64,000 bases of DNA from the NCBI GenBank assembly GCA_010093815.1, contig ML996584.1, one strand, 5' to 3'. This stretch comes from Pseudovirgaria hyperparasitica (Eukaryota). Shown here one piece after another: positions 23,114 to 36,482 of this stretch (positions are counted from its first letter, which is position 1; every line of letters begins with the position of its first letter). The notes beneath the pieces were generated by a model. That model saw nothing but the letters and a program-made list of their open reading frames with translations, did no database searches and was not told where the DNA came from. Both the position numbers and the translations under genes were made by a program.

Positions 23114-26100
23114 CTAATCGCCGCATTGCTGTTCTTGGCGATTTCGACTGGCTGAGATTCGTGCTGTCCAGTCATTGCCCAGACCAGCCCCGTCAAGCTC
23201 GCTCTCGCCACACTGATGAACCTGCGCATGATCGACGAGAGCAGTATTATGGTGATCACCATAGGAGGAGGAGGCGTCATGTGTGAGTGTCGTGATCATT
23301 GTGGGTTTCTGCGCCGCACTTGTTTCATGAGCTTCGTGAGTCGGTGATAGTAGACCATTTTTGTCTTCAGTCATGATGTCTGGGGAGAGATCGGATATCT
23401 CAGATCTTGGTATGTTCATCAAAGAGTCCTCTACCGGACACGCAGGCTGACGAGGCGTCTCGTTCTGATGACTGATGGATGCCTCACAGTCAACGCCTCT
23501 GTCTAGATCTTCGGCTGCGAGATTGAAGTCCTCCAGCTCCTGCGTGCTATCCCAGGGGGGACGCCCAGATTGATCCATCTGCGGCCTTTCTGTTTGCATA
23601 AGCGGAGATCTATACATCGCATCAGTTGGATGACTACATATCATTATTATCCGTTGCGAGCTAATTACTTACATGGCAGGACCTCCTACTCCACTCGCCC
23701 AAAGCTGCTTCTGCTCCATCTCTCTAGCTACATCGAACTTGAAGTCACGAATCTCACCAACAGACGGTAGCGCCTGATACGGTGCCAATGATAACGACGA
23801 TTCGATTCTTCTTTTGCAGTGCACCTCTGGCTGCAGTATGGATGGAGTACCGTAGTGGCTGACGCTCTCAATAATGTCAATGCACGAGGCTGCAGAATCG
23901 CCGGTAGCTCTATTTGTGGCTTCATGCATATGCATATGCATCTGCACCTCGTTGTCTTCTGCCGGAGCCCTTGAAGCTTCCGGCTCCGCGATTGTATCGA
24001 CGACTTGCATATCTCGTCGATATTGCCTCGCCAATAAGCAATTGTCTTCGGAATCGCCTGCCGTACCTATCAGAGCTTCGGCGGACTGCTTCAGCGCATT
24101 AATGTGTGTATTGCTGCTGCTAAGTCGCCGCATCATGTCGATGTTTGCATCACCTGCTGCACGCTCTAAGACAATTGCAGGTGCGTTATTCAATGCTTCC
24201 GAGGTTATGTTGTCGTTGTCCGGCCTATTAGCAGTAGAGCTGTTAATTACGTCCGACGACGTCTCATTCAGCAGAGTATGCTGGCAAGGAGATATCGGGC
24301 ATCCAGTCTGTGCATCGGCCATATCATCCTCACGCATGATGATAGACTGTGGTCTACTATGATGTAGTTGCGCCTCGAGCACACTATCGTTGTCTAAGAC
24401 AGCTGCCTGTTTGTCCTGGTGTAGATGACCGTGGATAGACCTTGTGCTGATCACGTTGTTGCAGTCCAAGGATGATTCTGCCTGGTTGCAATAGTCTCTC
24501 ACTTCGTTTATGCGTTCCGGAGAAGCCAGGTCTGCAGTGTGTCCATTGGAAATAGCCACATCACAGACTACGATTGGCCCGGGTCCGGAGTGCGTACTTG
24601 CTTCACGTACACCATCAGCCTCTTGAGACGCTGCAGTGACAGCGTGTTCTTCAAGCATATCAACATCTTGCCCAACCACATCAAGACCAGACCTTGCACA
24701 GGAACTAGGCGCCCTTGCCCACTGCACATCCCCACAAAGCTCATAGTCGGGGTCAATCTGCGCACCCAGAAAGCCAGTGAAGTCTGGAAAGGCAGCTATC
24801 AATTTCTGCCACTTCTCCCTTCCGAAGTAGACTAGACGTTCCCAGTTGTCGCCAAGGCTCAGCGTGAGGTCTCTGATGAACCGTAGAGCGAATTCTTGAC
24901 TTGCAGTCGAGAGACCGAGGCTCTTGAAGTCATCGACTATGATTTGTAGGTGTACAACTGCTATGCCGATGATGCTTCGGCGCACGTTGATGTAGCGTTG
25001 CTCCTGGGAGACCGTGGAGAGCTTCCCCTGGAGCTTTGTGATCGTGATGTCGCGATCGTGGAGGAGTGCTTGCCATTGTGTGATTGCGGCTTTGTGGTCC
25101 ATAGACGCATTTTCTGTTGCTCGAGTCATTTCTGTAAGAGAGTTTCTGGTCTCTCTCAACGTGTTGGACAAGGCCTTGAGCTCTGTCTGAAACCTGTCTG
25201 ATGCAGTGGTGGCCTGCTTCTCCTTAAGTCGCAGTCGAGCATCGAGCCAGGTACATCTCCCTGACTTGTGTGCAGCGTCTTGCTCCGCTACCTCAAGTTT
25301 TTGTTTTGACTCCTCGAATTTGCAGACTGCGGTAAGATGCTTCTTTTCGAGACACTCTATCTTCGCCTTGTAGCTTTGTTTCAATGATGCGAATGCCTCT
25401 TCCATCGTGGTCTTTTCATTCTCGCAGCTCTCCCTTAAAGCCTTACGCTCCACTGCCGCTGCCCCGAGTCTTTTCACGAGCTCTTGATGCTTTGCGAAAC
25501 TCCCTGCGCGAGCTCTGTTCCACAGCTCTAGATTGCGGCTATCCATAGCCTTCTGATTCTCCCTCGCCGCCTTCCATCTCTCTGCATGAGCTCTCTTCAA
25601 ACGCCCAACCTCATCCTCACCAGCCCTCTTCAACTCACCAATCCGATCCTCAACCCCCTTCCTCACACCCCTCTCAGCAGCCAACTCCCTCTCCAAAACA
25701 CCCCTTTCCTTCTCCACAACCCCCAGTCTCTCCACCACCCCATCCCTCTCCCTCTCCACAACCCCCAACCTCTCCAAAACCACACCCCTCCTCTCCACCT
25801 CCTCATCAACCAACCCCTGCATCTCCTCCGCCCGCATCGCCATCTCCTCCATCCGCTTCCAATCGCTATCCGCCTTCCGCACACGCAGTCGCTGCTCTCT
25901 GACCTCCTGCTCTGCCTCTGCCAGTGCTTCCTGGGTTTTCTTGAGCGTGGCTTGGAGGGTGGGGACTTGTTGCGCTAGGGCTTCGAGGGAGGGGAGGCGT
26001 GCGTGCGCGGCTTTCCATTCTGAGATTTGGGTTATTGGTGTGGAGTGTGGGAGGTGTGGTGAGGAAGGGAAGGAATGGGGTTGGGAGCGCAGCCGGGGGT

Positions 26101-26692
26101 GAGGGGTTGCGGGTGAGTGAGGGCGTTTTTTGGGGTTGAGGGGTGGTTGTGGGTTCAGGGGTTGGAGTTTTGGGGGTGGTTGGAGGGTTGGGGGGATTGG
26201 GTTGATGTTGGCTTGTGAGGGTGCGTGGGCGATTGGGGGGTTTGAGATGTGAGGTTCATATCGTTGAAGGAGGGGGAGTGGGAGTGCTTCGCTGGTTTGT
26301 GGATGCGGGGAGGCTATGTTGTTTGGGACTAAGACTGCTGCGAGTGGTCCCGTTGTTGTATCGGCGAGGTATTGGTCGTGGATATACGGAATTGGCACTG
26401 CTGCTTCTGGTGCAGAGCATGTCTTGACGGCATCTTCACGTCGTTGCTTTGAATTCTCAGAGGCGTGAGTCTGAACGGTTGGCGTTCCTGGTGCGTCTGT
26501 CATGGGTGTATCATGTTGATCTCCGATCTGCGGCACGAGGTCTTCGCAGGATGGGACCATAGGCGAGTCTACTCTGCTGGGGGCGTCTGGTAGAGCATTC
26601 ATTGCACGGTCGACTGCCCTCGACGAAGCTTGCTGGGATTTAGGTAGCGTGGATGTGTCCACGGCAGCCTGATCTGGCTTGGTCGGATCCAT
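23114..26692 (-). CDS. Large orphan protein with Pro-rich N-terminus and long coiled coil
   Basis: 1007-aa ORF 23669-26692 with heptad/E-R-rich central region. Probably joined to the same-frame ORF 23114-23644 through a short GTAAGT...TAG intron (~23634-23672). 3' end uncertain. Confidence 0.7.
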
Positions 26693-27354
26693 TTCGTGCT
26701 GAAGGTGAGGTCAAGATCTTCGAGTGTTTTGTGTTTGATAGTCTTGTACGACGATCAAGGAGGTTGTGAGAGATGGAATGTTCAAACACGCTGACTTGGA
26801 AAGACGTGTATGAAGGATATGAAGCTGAGACGACTCAAAGAAGCCGCTTGAGCAAGGTGTATGATGGAAGAAGTCAATTGCGTAGAATGAGGGGGTTTAT
26901 ATAAAGATAGTCGGAACAGAATAGTCACTTTGCCAAGGCTCGGAGCCAGGACCGATGGTTGTAGAAACATATCGAGCACAGGCAAGCCTCGGATGTACAA
27001 CAATGTTGATCTGTTCGCTCTACACAATGTCACTCTGGGAGACAACAAAAGGACTCCAACACTGAGGCGGATTAGGTGATATGCTTTGACAGAAGAGCGC
27101 AGTATGCTTCGGAGTCCAAGTATGGCTTGCAAGTCAACCGCACACCGTCTACGTGAACCACAAATAAAAGGCAACTTTTGATATATAGCTCTATGTGATA
27201 GGATTCTATTGCCAATCAAGAAAGGAAAACGCCGAGAGGAAACAAAGAAAGGGATCCGAAAATCTATAATACGGTTCATCTAGACTTGAGAAAGAGAGAA
27301 AGAAGTGGTCCTTATCAAGTTTCCACCACAGCAGAATGACCTCACTCTCTTCCC

Positions 27355-27401
27355 GGCTCAAGTGAGTCAGGCAGAAGTGAGTCAGGCTCAAGTGAACCAG
27401 G
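27355..27401. promoter_or_regulatory. Three 15-bp repeats carrying two TGAGTCA (Gcn4/CpcA/AP-1-type) sites
   Basis: GGCTCAAGTGAGTCA GGCAGAAGTGAGTCA GGCTCAAGTGAACCA, ~670 bp upstream of the 26692 ATG. Confidence 0.35.
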
Positions 27402-27450
27402 CCCTTGTCCGGCATCGCCCCTTGTGTCACCATTGCTGTAGTGAACCGAC

Positions 27451-28061
27451 TCAATCAGAAGTGACTGACATCGCGATAGGCGTTCTCGACGACGAGAGCT
27501 GCCCGTCAGTGTTACAGTGAATGCCCGTCAAAGGCGCCCCACCAAGACACGTCAAGTACGAATCTGCCGCGCTGAGATCATTCGACGACACGCTTAACGA
27601 CGCACTCGAGACTCTGGAAGGCACGAATTAGCACCAGTACCCCAAACTCGCCATCTCAAGTAGACCGAAACTCACGCTTGTGACTCTGTCTGTGCTCCGA
27701 TAACATCGATCCCAAACCTCGCTTCGCTGACAAAACTCCCTGGCGTAAATCTCCACGATAGCACCTCATCGGTGTTATCTGAGGTACAGTCGATCCAGCC
27801 GGTGGGGGGCTGCTTCTCGATGAAGCTAGCTGTGCAAGAACCTGATATGCTTTCTGACACGGAGTCGAGCTGATGTTCCACGGTGAACGTGACGGAGCTG
27901 TTGAAGCCGGTCCCTGGCGGCCAGGTAGCACCAGGCAGACCTGAGTTTGGGCCCATGAAGTGAGTTGAGAGTTGGCTAACGAACCATTGGTCTGCGACTG
28001 CGGTAGGGAGATTGAGGGAAAGAAAGGTGAGGGCTGAAAGAGTAGAGATAGTTGAGCGCAT
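27451..28061 (-). CDS. Small secreted 4-Cys protein (~183 aa), effector candidate
   Basis: Signal peptide MRSTISTLSALTFLSLNLPTAVA. Intron 27614-27675 (GTGAGT...GCTAAT...CAG). Exon 2 ends SYLTCLGGAPLTGIHCNTDGQLSSSRTPIAMSVTSD*. Confidence 0.8.
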
Positions 28062-29299
28062 CTTGAATGTAGTATCGAGCAGCTAAGACTGAAAGTATCA
28101 AGTATTCGAAATGGAAATAGTCTGACTTGAGAATAGAGAAAGAACCCTATCAAGCAGACGTAGGCAGCATGTTATATGAGGGTCATATGCAACGCAGTAA
28201 CGTGAAATAAGGCCAGCAAAGGAAACACCAAAATCGATAATGGCGAGACGTTGCAGCGCTGGCGGAGTGAATCAGCGTCAGCAAGAATCCTCTCGCCACA
28301 ACCATGACCGCTCGATCCAATCCAACGGTAGTGGCAATATTTGACTGCCATTCTGTGTACGAATCGATGATTACAAAAAAATGCCTGCATCCCGAGACTG
28401 ATACACTCACTATTGGCCAAGCAGGCTGTGCTCGATGAAACCATATGCTCTTTCTGTACGCCGCATAGCTTTCCAGTAATGTCCTACAATGCAAAATTCG
28501 ATGCCTTCAGCATGCAGGGGAATCAGCCAATCCTAGGAGCCATGAAGCAAAGCCACCACGAGCCCCCAGTAGTGACAGCGCGGTGACTTCTTTCAAGTTG
28601 CGCAACGACGCTCGATTTCAGTCGCACCAAACCGGCGAGACCCGACTATCGTCCGCAGCTTGAGTAACATGACGTGAGGCTGAAGCTGAAGGCGAAGTAA
28701 GACTGCGAACAAGACGGTGGTTATATTGCCGGTGTTCCGCTCTGCTTGCATCAGCTAGACAAGGACGCGAGCGTGTATATGGTCTGAGCGTGGGTCATGG
28801 ATGTGGGTCGTGTCATCTATGCAGCTTCATCTATGTCAAATAAGGGGCGACATGTTGCTTAGTGAGTGCTACCGAAGAGCAGAGGGTGAGTTCATCAATA
28901 CAAGCGTCTACAATAGTCCGGAAGAGGAATTTTAAGATGGGTGGAGAGAGTTCTGGTATCGATCACGAAAATCTCGCGCGCTCACGTGATTGGTGCAGAG
29001 CACATTGGTGGACACTTACGTCATCACGGACTTGCCCCTCATTGCGTACCTAGGTACTCGGCGCGGGTATGCTGATCATCCCGCAATACGACGCCATATT
29101 CACGTCACAACACAGCATCCCTGATTTGAGCAAGCAATTCTTGCCATACGAAGGCTGCCACGGTACCTGTTCATCAAGAAAAGTCCACGGTACACAGTGC
29201 TACACGGCACCATTGAGATGCTTATGTTGTGATTCATCTATATTTGGGACTATTTTACATGCCCAGGGTATTCGATGGTTGTACGAAAACAGCTTTCTC

Positions 29300-29945
29300 C
29301 TAGTTCAAGGCTTGGAGAACGTTCTCGGCCTTGGTGACGGTGACGCTGGGAGCTGCGTCCTCAACGTAGATTTGCTTGACGATTGGGCCGTCGAGCACAG
29401 CAACATAGCGCTGGGAGCGTGGTCCTCCGAGCAGACCCGTGGCATCGAAGCTCATACCGATTTCCTTGGTGAACTACAGTGCTCAATTAGCTCTCGTGTC
29501 GGTGTCTCGGTCATGTACTGAAGGTCAGAACTTACGGCACCAGTATCGTCAGCAAGAAAGTGGACGGCTGGGGGCGCTTCAGCACCGCCGGTGAGCTTTT
29601 CCTTCCATGCTTGAGTCGTGAAGGCGTCGTTCACGGCAACTATGTAGATACCGGCGACACCCTTTTCTACGAATGCTTGTGCGTTCTCAATGTAGCCGGG
29701 GACTTGGGAGGAGCAGGGAGGGGTGAAGGCGCCAGGAACACCAACAATGATGTCTACTCAATAGTCAATAAAGGTCAAGATAGCCACTGTATGCATGGAT
29801 ACTGACTCTTTCCAGTGAGCTGGCTGATGACAACAGTTCCCTGCTCAGGGTTCTTCTCCTTGAGAGCAACGGTAGAAGAGATGGAGGCGCCAGTGGCAAT
29901 GGCCTTGTGGCTACCACTCTTGATCTTGTCGATGAGTCCAGACAT
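29300..29945 (-). CDS. Prx5-type peroxiredoxin (Redoxin; Ahp1/Pmp20-like)
   Basis: MSGLIDKIK...IIVGVPGAFTPPCSSQVPGY...VAVNDAFTTQAW...FLADDTG...GLLGGPRSQRY; two introns. Confidence 0.9.
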
Positions 29946-30810
29946 GATGTATAGTGTAGATTATTTCGAAGTTTAAAGTCGGAGAATTGATGTGTAAGGT
30001 TTGAGGAGCTCAATTGAGAGGGTAGCAGCTTTTTAAATAGTGAGACAGCTCCGTGGCAAGGGTGTAATGGTAATTATAGTCAACAACGCCCCACCTTGTC
30101 ACAACAATTCCATTTTCTAATGCGGGGCGCGGCGCGGCCTTAAGGAAGAACCCTGACATCACAACATCTGGCTCGATCATGGCTTGATTAGACCAAGATT
30201 GATCTAGTCACCTGCAGAAGGTTGCAGGTTCAAAACCCAATCAATTGTGCTGCCCTGAACGCCAGCTTCCTGATAGACCATGTTAACCGATTCAGTGGGT
30301 AATGCGGGCCGGCGGCTGATAAGGTAGACAACAAACACGTCGCATTCCCTGTTGCAATGCATGATTCCAAATCATACTGACGTGGATGAATTGAGGGCGT
30401 TAGGCTATAACTCCCGAGAATACCAATAGTGCCAGTCCAGTCTATATCGTCAGAAAAGATCAGATACTGTGAAACCTAGCGACTGAAGACTCTTCTTGGG
30501 TATCTCTATAGTTCGACAAAACTGGCGGCGGACGGAGGATGAAAATCGACAGGTTGAAGAGCACAATACATGAACACTGTTACCCACAGTTCCTGGAAGA
30601 GACTTGATCAACATAATCAAAAGTTTGTATGATGTTCTGGTACTTGATAGTAGCCTGATATCGTCTCCTCGTCCTGTTTGCTTAACAATCAAAACAAAGC
30701 CTCCAGGTATCTCTACACGTTCAAAGAAGATGGCAAAGTCACTCATAAGCAACAAGAAGATGAACGCCATCGCCTTAAACACGACCCAAATAAACAGTCC
30801 CAACAAAGGA

Positions 30811-33800
30811 TTATGATGCTGCTGCTGCTCTGACCCGAAGCGCAACCTGAGCAAGTTTCTGAAAGTTCAGCGTGTCAGCGTCCTTGGGCATGAATTCACC
30901 TGCAGCAATGCAATGCACGAGCATGCGAGGGTCGTAGTTGAGATTCGGCAGTAGCTTGGGTGTGATCAGGAAGTATTGGCTGGTGTTCTCCTCGCAAGAA
31001 ACCTCGACAAGACGTTTGTGGACCATGCGCTCATTTCGAGGGTCCATGCCCTGGTTGATCTCGTCGACGATGCGGAAAGGAGAGCGAGCAAGAGATTGTA
31101 GAGAGAGCAAATAGAATATGGTGGAGACTGAACGTTCACCACCGGATTGGCGACGTGCATCTAGTGCACAAAGTGGTTCGTTGTCCCTTCAACGCAATCA
31201 GTGTCGCCTTCATGAGCTGAATTGATATTATCCAAACATACCTGAACCTCACCATGATCTGAATCGCCCACTTGTCGAAGTCATCGTCTTTGTGTACAAG
31301 GACTTCACCTGCGCAGCCGATGGCTTCAAAGTTCTTCGAAAATGCGCCGTTTATAAGTGATACAAGCTGGTCAAGACGGGGTTCCCATTGCTCCCGCGTT
31401 TCTTTGATCTCGTCTTCGAGCCTTTGGATCCGCTCTTGAGCTGTAGCCAGCTTCTCTTCCATAGCATCGATTTTTCTCTGCCGAGCTTCGTATTCCTCGA
31501 TCGCGTTGGAATTAGTCGTGCGGATCAGTCTCATCATTGCAATTGTCGCCTCTATCGTATCCTCCAGTGATTTTGAATCCAATTTGTCTTGTGCGAAAGA
31601 ATTGTGTAGTTCCTCTACCTCTTCGGACCGGCTGTTTGCTATACGCTTGCAATCCTCACCAATACTGATCGCTTGCGCCTTCAGGGTTTTGTGTTCATGG
31701 CTCAGCCGGTCCTTTTCTGCACGAGCGTGATTCAATCTTTCCGTAATCGCTTGGTTCGCTTCTTCCAATGAGACTACCTCGGATTCAGCTTCTATCAGCA
31801 TCAGTTCAGCTTCAAGTAGCGACTGATACTGTGTCTGGAGGGCCTCGATGCTTTTCTGGAACTGGTCAGTGTTTCGTTTTAGATAAGCAGTTTCAAGAAC
31901 CTCACCGCATGATCAATCGATAGCCTAGCCTTCTCGAGAATGAGATTATCTTGATCACGTCGAATGGCGTCCAAGCGTTGCTTGTCTTGCTCCGCTGTAG
32001 CTTCGAATTCTGCCTTTTGTTTTTCGTACATTTCTATACCGTGTCAATACATTCATTGCTTTCCCCAGGATAGTTGTTTTCTTACCTATATTGCTTGGTA
32101 GCACCCTGAATTGGGCCTGTTCTTGCTGTGCGTCATGCTTTTCCCGGTCAAGATCACTCTAACCCTGCTTAGAATCATACGTGCATAGCATTTACAACAT
32201 CTCCACATACCTTGGTCTTCTCAAGATCAACCTTCGCTTTCCGGGCCACGTCAAGCTCAGTTCTCTTGTTTTTGTTTTCGTTAGATAACTCATTGAGCTC
32301 ATCTTGCAGTTCATCTATCCTCTGTTTGAGAGGTCTTGCTGCACCTGCATCCACAGGAGCGTCACTCCACACAGAGGCAGGTCGTAAAGCTGTGGTGGCT
32401 ACAGTATACTTGCCATATCTTTTGGACACGACATATTTGTCATTTTTGTCCGACCATCTCTGGATCTGGCTGTCCACAAGAAGATTGTATTGGGCTTGAG
32501 AAACCTCACCAAGCGTGACCGCGTGTCGATGAATGTTAGCCTGCTCGCAAAGCATTGACAAGACATCATCAGGACCTTCGAGGTAATCAACTATCCAACC
32601 ATCCAGTCCGTACTGGGCGAGCTGGTCGTTTGGAATATTCTGCCAATGGTCCAGCTTCTTTCCTATCATATTGATTGCTATGTCGGAGAGCCTCAAACCT
32701 TCTCTTCCAACGAGACTCTTTTGAAGCATATTGTAGTCCCCTAGTGTCGTACATGTGAATGCTTTCAGAGTCCCTTCAGGTAGGGCCCCTTCGACAGCAC
32801 TCGCGTATAGCGGATCTTTGACAGAACATTCTACGATTGGTGGCCCGTAGATAGGTCCTTCAAACTGTTGACGGTTTTCCTTGATCCAGTCCCAGGCCGT
32901 CGCAGCATCTTTCGATCTGCTTTGCAACTTCTTGGCCTGTTGGCCATGGGCCGTGCCCAGTTCCTCCAATTCTTTCTTTAGTCTATTTTGTTCGGACTTC
33001 CGTTGCTGAGCTTGAGATTGGATATGACTGAGGTTCGCCTGGATGTCTGCTGCCTGACTATCGAGCTCCCGTTTCTGCTTTTCCATTTCGCGTAGCTTTG
33101 CGTTGCATCCAGCAGAATCGTATTCCGGTGGGGCATTCTCTAGGCGCTGCCGAGCATCTGCTATCTTCATCGATCTATCTCGTGCCTTGTCCTTGTGAAG
33201 TTTGATCGATTTTTTCACCTTTGCCACCGTCGTGTCAAAACTGTCAATCTCTTCCTGGGTCTTCTTCAGAGTCTCCGTTCTCGACCGCACACTGCTGTCT
33301 ATCTTTTTGACGGAACTTTGACGTTGATTAACAACTTGTTTGATCTGCTCTGCATACTTTTTCTTGTCGTTCGTTGACTGTAGCAGCGGATTTACATCCT
33401 TTTGCAATTGTGCAAATTGCGCTTCAGCATCCTTGAAGTTCCGCCTCAGTCTTTTGACCTCTTCTACCGCCTCACCGTACTGGACGATGGGCCGATACTG
33501 CTCTAGTGCGTCAATCTTGACTTTATACTGGTTCCGCTGTATCAACAAATCCACGTCTTGTTTCGCAGCGCTTTGTTTTTTCTTCAGGTCTGCCAGTCTT
33601 TCGAGTTCACCTTCCTCGGACATTTGATCAGATTTCCGCTTCTTATATAGCTCCTTCAGCTGTGTATACCACTCCCTCATCTCCAGTGGCGCAACTGCAC
33701 GTTGTGTCTCCTCCAGAAGAGCTGTGGGCGTCATAGCGGAAAATGAGGAAACACGGTCCTGAGGCAGGAATTGGCACAGATTGTCGATTTGTATGGAAAG

Positions 33801-34506
33801 AGACTGACACAGCTTTGAGACTGCAGCATTAGTCGCGGGGGATCCATTGATAGAAAAAGTAACTTTGCTCGGTTTGATCAGGCATCGGACCAAATGATTC
33901 CTGCTCTTCTCATGGCCTCCGGCCAACTCAATCTCAATTTCCGCCGAGTCTTTTCCATAATGTATATGGTCCGATAGTTGGTCCGCGCGTCCGAGAATCT
34001 ATAAGCTGTTAGTGGAATTTATAATCATAGAAGAGATGTGCTGACCGAAGGTTTTGAGCCCAAGCAAATACATATTGCGGAAACGATCGAGCTCTTGCCG
34101 CTTCCGTTTGGCGCAATTATGAAGTTCAGACTAGGGCCAAAGCGAATCTCCGCAGCAGTATACGCCATGAAGTTTCTCAGCTTCAGGCGCACTATCGAGC
34201 CAGCCTGAAACTTAGAAGCAGACCCATGCGTAAGAACGCTCTCGTTATTGAGGCTGAGTTCTTGTCCAGGGCTTGATGGGCTTGCTGGGCTCTGAGTATT
34301 CTAAGTCAGCTATAATACTAAGGCTATTTTGACTGGACTTGTCAGTCTACGAGTGGGATTCCTACATGGGACACGCCATTGTTCAGTCGCCGCCTCTTAT
34401 TAGCAGATGAGCCAGGAGTTTGGTTCTGAGATGGCACTGTGACATCCGAATCTTCGTCATCTGACGAAATTGACCTCCGTGCAGGAGTCATTACTCTACC
34501 TGGCAT
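30811..34506 (-). CDS. SMC5: Structural maintenance of chromosomes protein 5
   Basis: N-terminal [14 protein letters not shown]...[30 protein letters not shown]; coiled coils and hinge; C-terminal [35 protein letters not shown]. Multiple introns. Confidence 0.95.
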
Positions 34507-34534
34507 GACTTCTTGTCTTCATGAAGTGAAGCTG

Positions 34535-34640
34535 CTCAACGCGCGGTGGAACGCGTCTGGGTTCTTGCTTTGCGCTATACGGTTTAGCGCGAGCAATATC
34601 ACGTGATTACGCGGCACTCAGGATGGATCGAACGCGATGT
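34535..34640. promoter_or_regulatory. MCB-like (ACGCGT/ACGCG) cluster and a CACGTG site upstream of SMC5
   Basis: ACGCGT at 34551, further ACGCG cores at ~34539, ~34609 and ~34632, CACGTG at ~34600, all within the 257-bp FUM1-SMC5 gap. Confidence 0.4.
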
Positions 34641-34763
34641 CTTGTTTCTGGACTGAACACTCGTTGGTCTGTATTGTTCGCGACTATATTTTCTAGATAC
34701 GCTAATTTCACAATATTCTACAAGCGCTATGATGCGAATCTAAAGGCGATGCCGTGATGCCTA

Positions 34764-36482
34764 CTATGATTTCTCTTTGGGAGCGATCATCAGCTCTGGT
34801 CTAACGTATTTGTCGAAGTCCTCCTCGCTCAGGGCCTTCAGTTCCATGGCGCTCTCCTTCAGCGTTAACCCTTTCTTGTGAGCGTTCTTTGCGACCTTGG
34901 AGGCCATGTCATAGCCAATGACGGGATTCAAGCAGGTCACGAGCATGAGACTATCCGGAAATTAGCATACGTAAAGGGTGATGGTATTCCTGTTTGGCTT
35001 CACTTACCTTTCCTTGAGAATAGCCTTGATCCTGGTCTCGTTGGCCTCCAAGCCCACGACGAGGTTTTCTTCAAAACTCCTCATACTGTCAGTCAAAATC
35101 CGTGAACTATGGAGTAAATTATGAATCATGACGGGCTTGAAGACGTTCAGTTCAAAGTTGCCCTGTGAGCCCGCAAAAGTTGTTGCGGCATTGTTACCGA
35201 ACACTTGCGTGCACACCATGGTCAGCGACTCGCACTGAGTCGGATTGACCTTCCCTGGCATGATTGAAGATCCAGGTTCATTCTCTGGAAGATTGAGCTC
35301 ACCAAGACCGCAGCGTGGGCCAGAGCCAAGGAAGCGGATATCTTGAGCAATCTTGAAGAGCGAGGTGGCAACAGTGTTCAGTTGTCCATGGGCTTCGACA
35401 ATAGCATCGTGTGCAGCGAGAGCTTCAAATTTGTTTGGCGCAGTGATGAACTCGTGGCCGGTCATTTTGGTCACTTCTTCCGCTATCCCTTCAGCAAATC
35501 CCTTGAACGTGTTGATACCGGTCCCGACTGCAGTCCCGCCTTGGGCCAACATTCGTAGGCGCGGGAGAGCCGACTTCACTCGCTCCATGCCAAAGTCGAG
35601 CTGGGTAACATAACCAGAAAATTCCTGTCCAAGCGTCAAAGGAGTAGCATCTTGTAGATGAGTTCTCCCAATCTTTATTATCTTCTCGAACTGCTTGCTC
35701 TTCTTGTCGAGAGCATCGCGAAGGCTCTTCATTGCTGGCAGGAGCTGCTCTTCGAACTCAAGAACCGCGGCAATATGCATGACCGTGGGAAAGGTGTCAT
35801 TCGAAGAAGCTGACATGTTGACATGGTCATTAGGGTGTACTGGCTTCTTGGATCCCATGGTGCCACCAAGTATTTCGATAGCTCGGTTCGAGATAACCTC
35901 GTTCGCATTCATGTTTGACTGGGTGCCGGATCCAGTCTGCCAGACGACTAAGGGGAAGTGCTCAATAAGTTTCAAGGAAGCAACTTCCTCGGCAGCCTGT
36001 TGAATGGCTTGACCGATCTTGGGGTCTGCTTATAGTTAGCATGTCCCGTCACATACGTCCGAGCAGCTCATACCTAAGCCGAACTTCAAGTTTACAGTCG
36101 CCGCGGCGCCCTTGAGGATACCAAAAGCTCGGATCAGCGGAGGCGGCATGCGGTCTTGTGGCTGATTGATCTTGAAGTTCCCCAATGATCTCTCCGTTTG
36201 GGCACCCCAGTATTTATCAGATTCAACTTGAATCTCGCCAAAGGCATCGGATTCAGCTCTTGTAGATGCGCTCATGTTGGAAGTTGCAGAGAAGGCGCGG
36301 GTTTGTGATACGAGAATGGACCGTGTGATTGCACGAGGAGTGATGAGGGAGTTCCTAGCAGTAAGCTTTGAGGATGCTCCCCGAGCTATATACCTAGAAG
36401 CGGGGGTAATTGAGCTTGCGACATAGGCGAGGGAGCTGCCGCCGCGACAGGCGCGCGCTGTTGGGACCACTGAGCGAAGCAT
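34764..36482 (-). CDS. FUM1: Fumarate hydratase class II with mitochondrial presequence
   Basis: [38 protein letters not shown], signature [15 protein letters not shown]; two introns. Confidence 0.97.
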
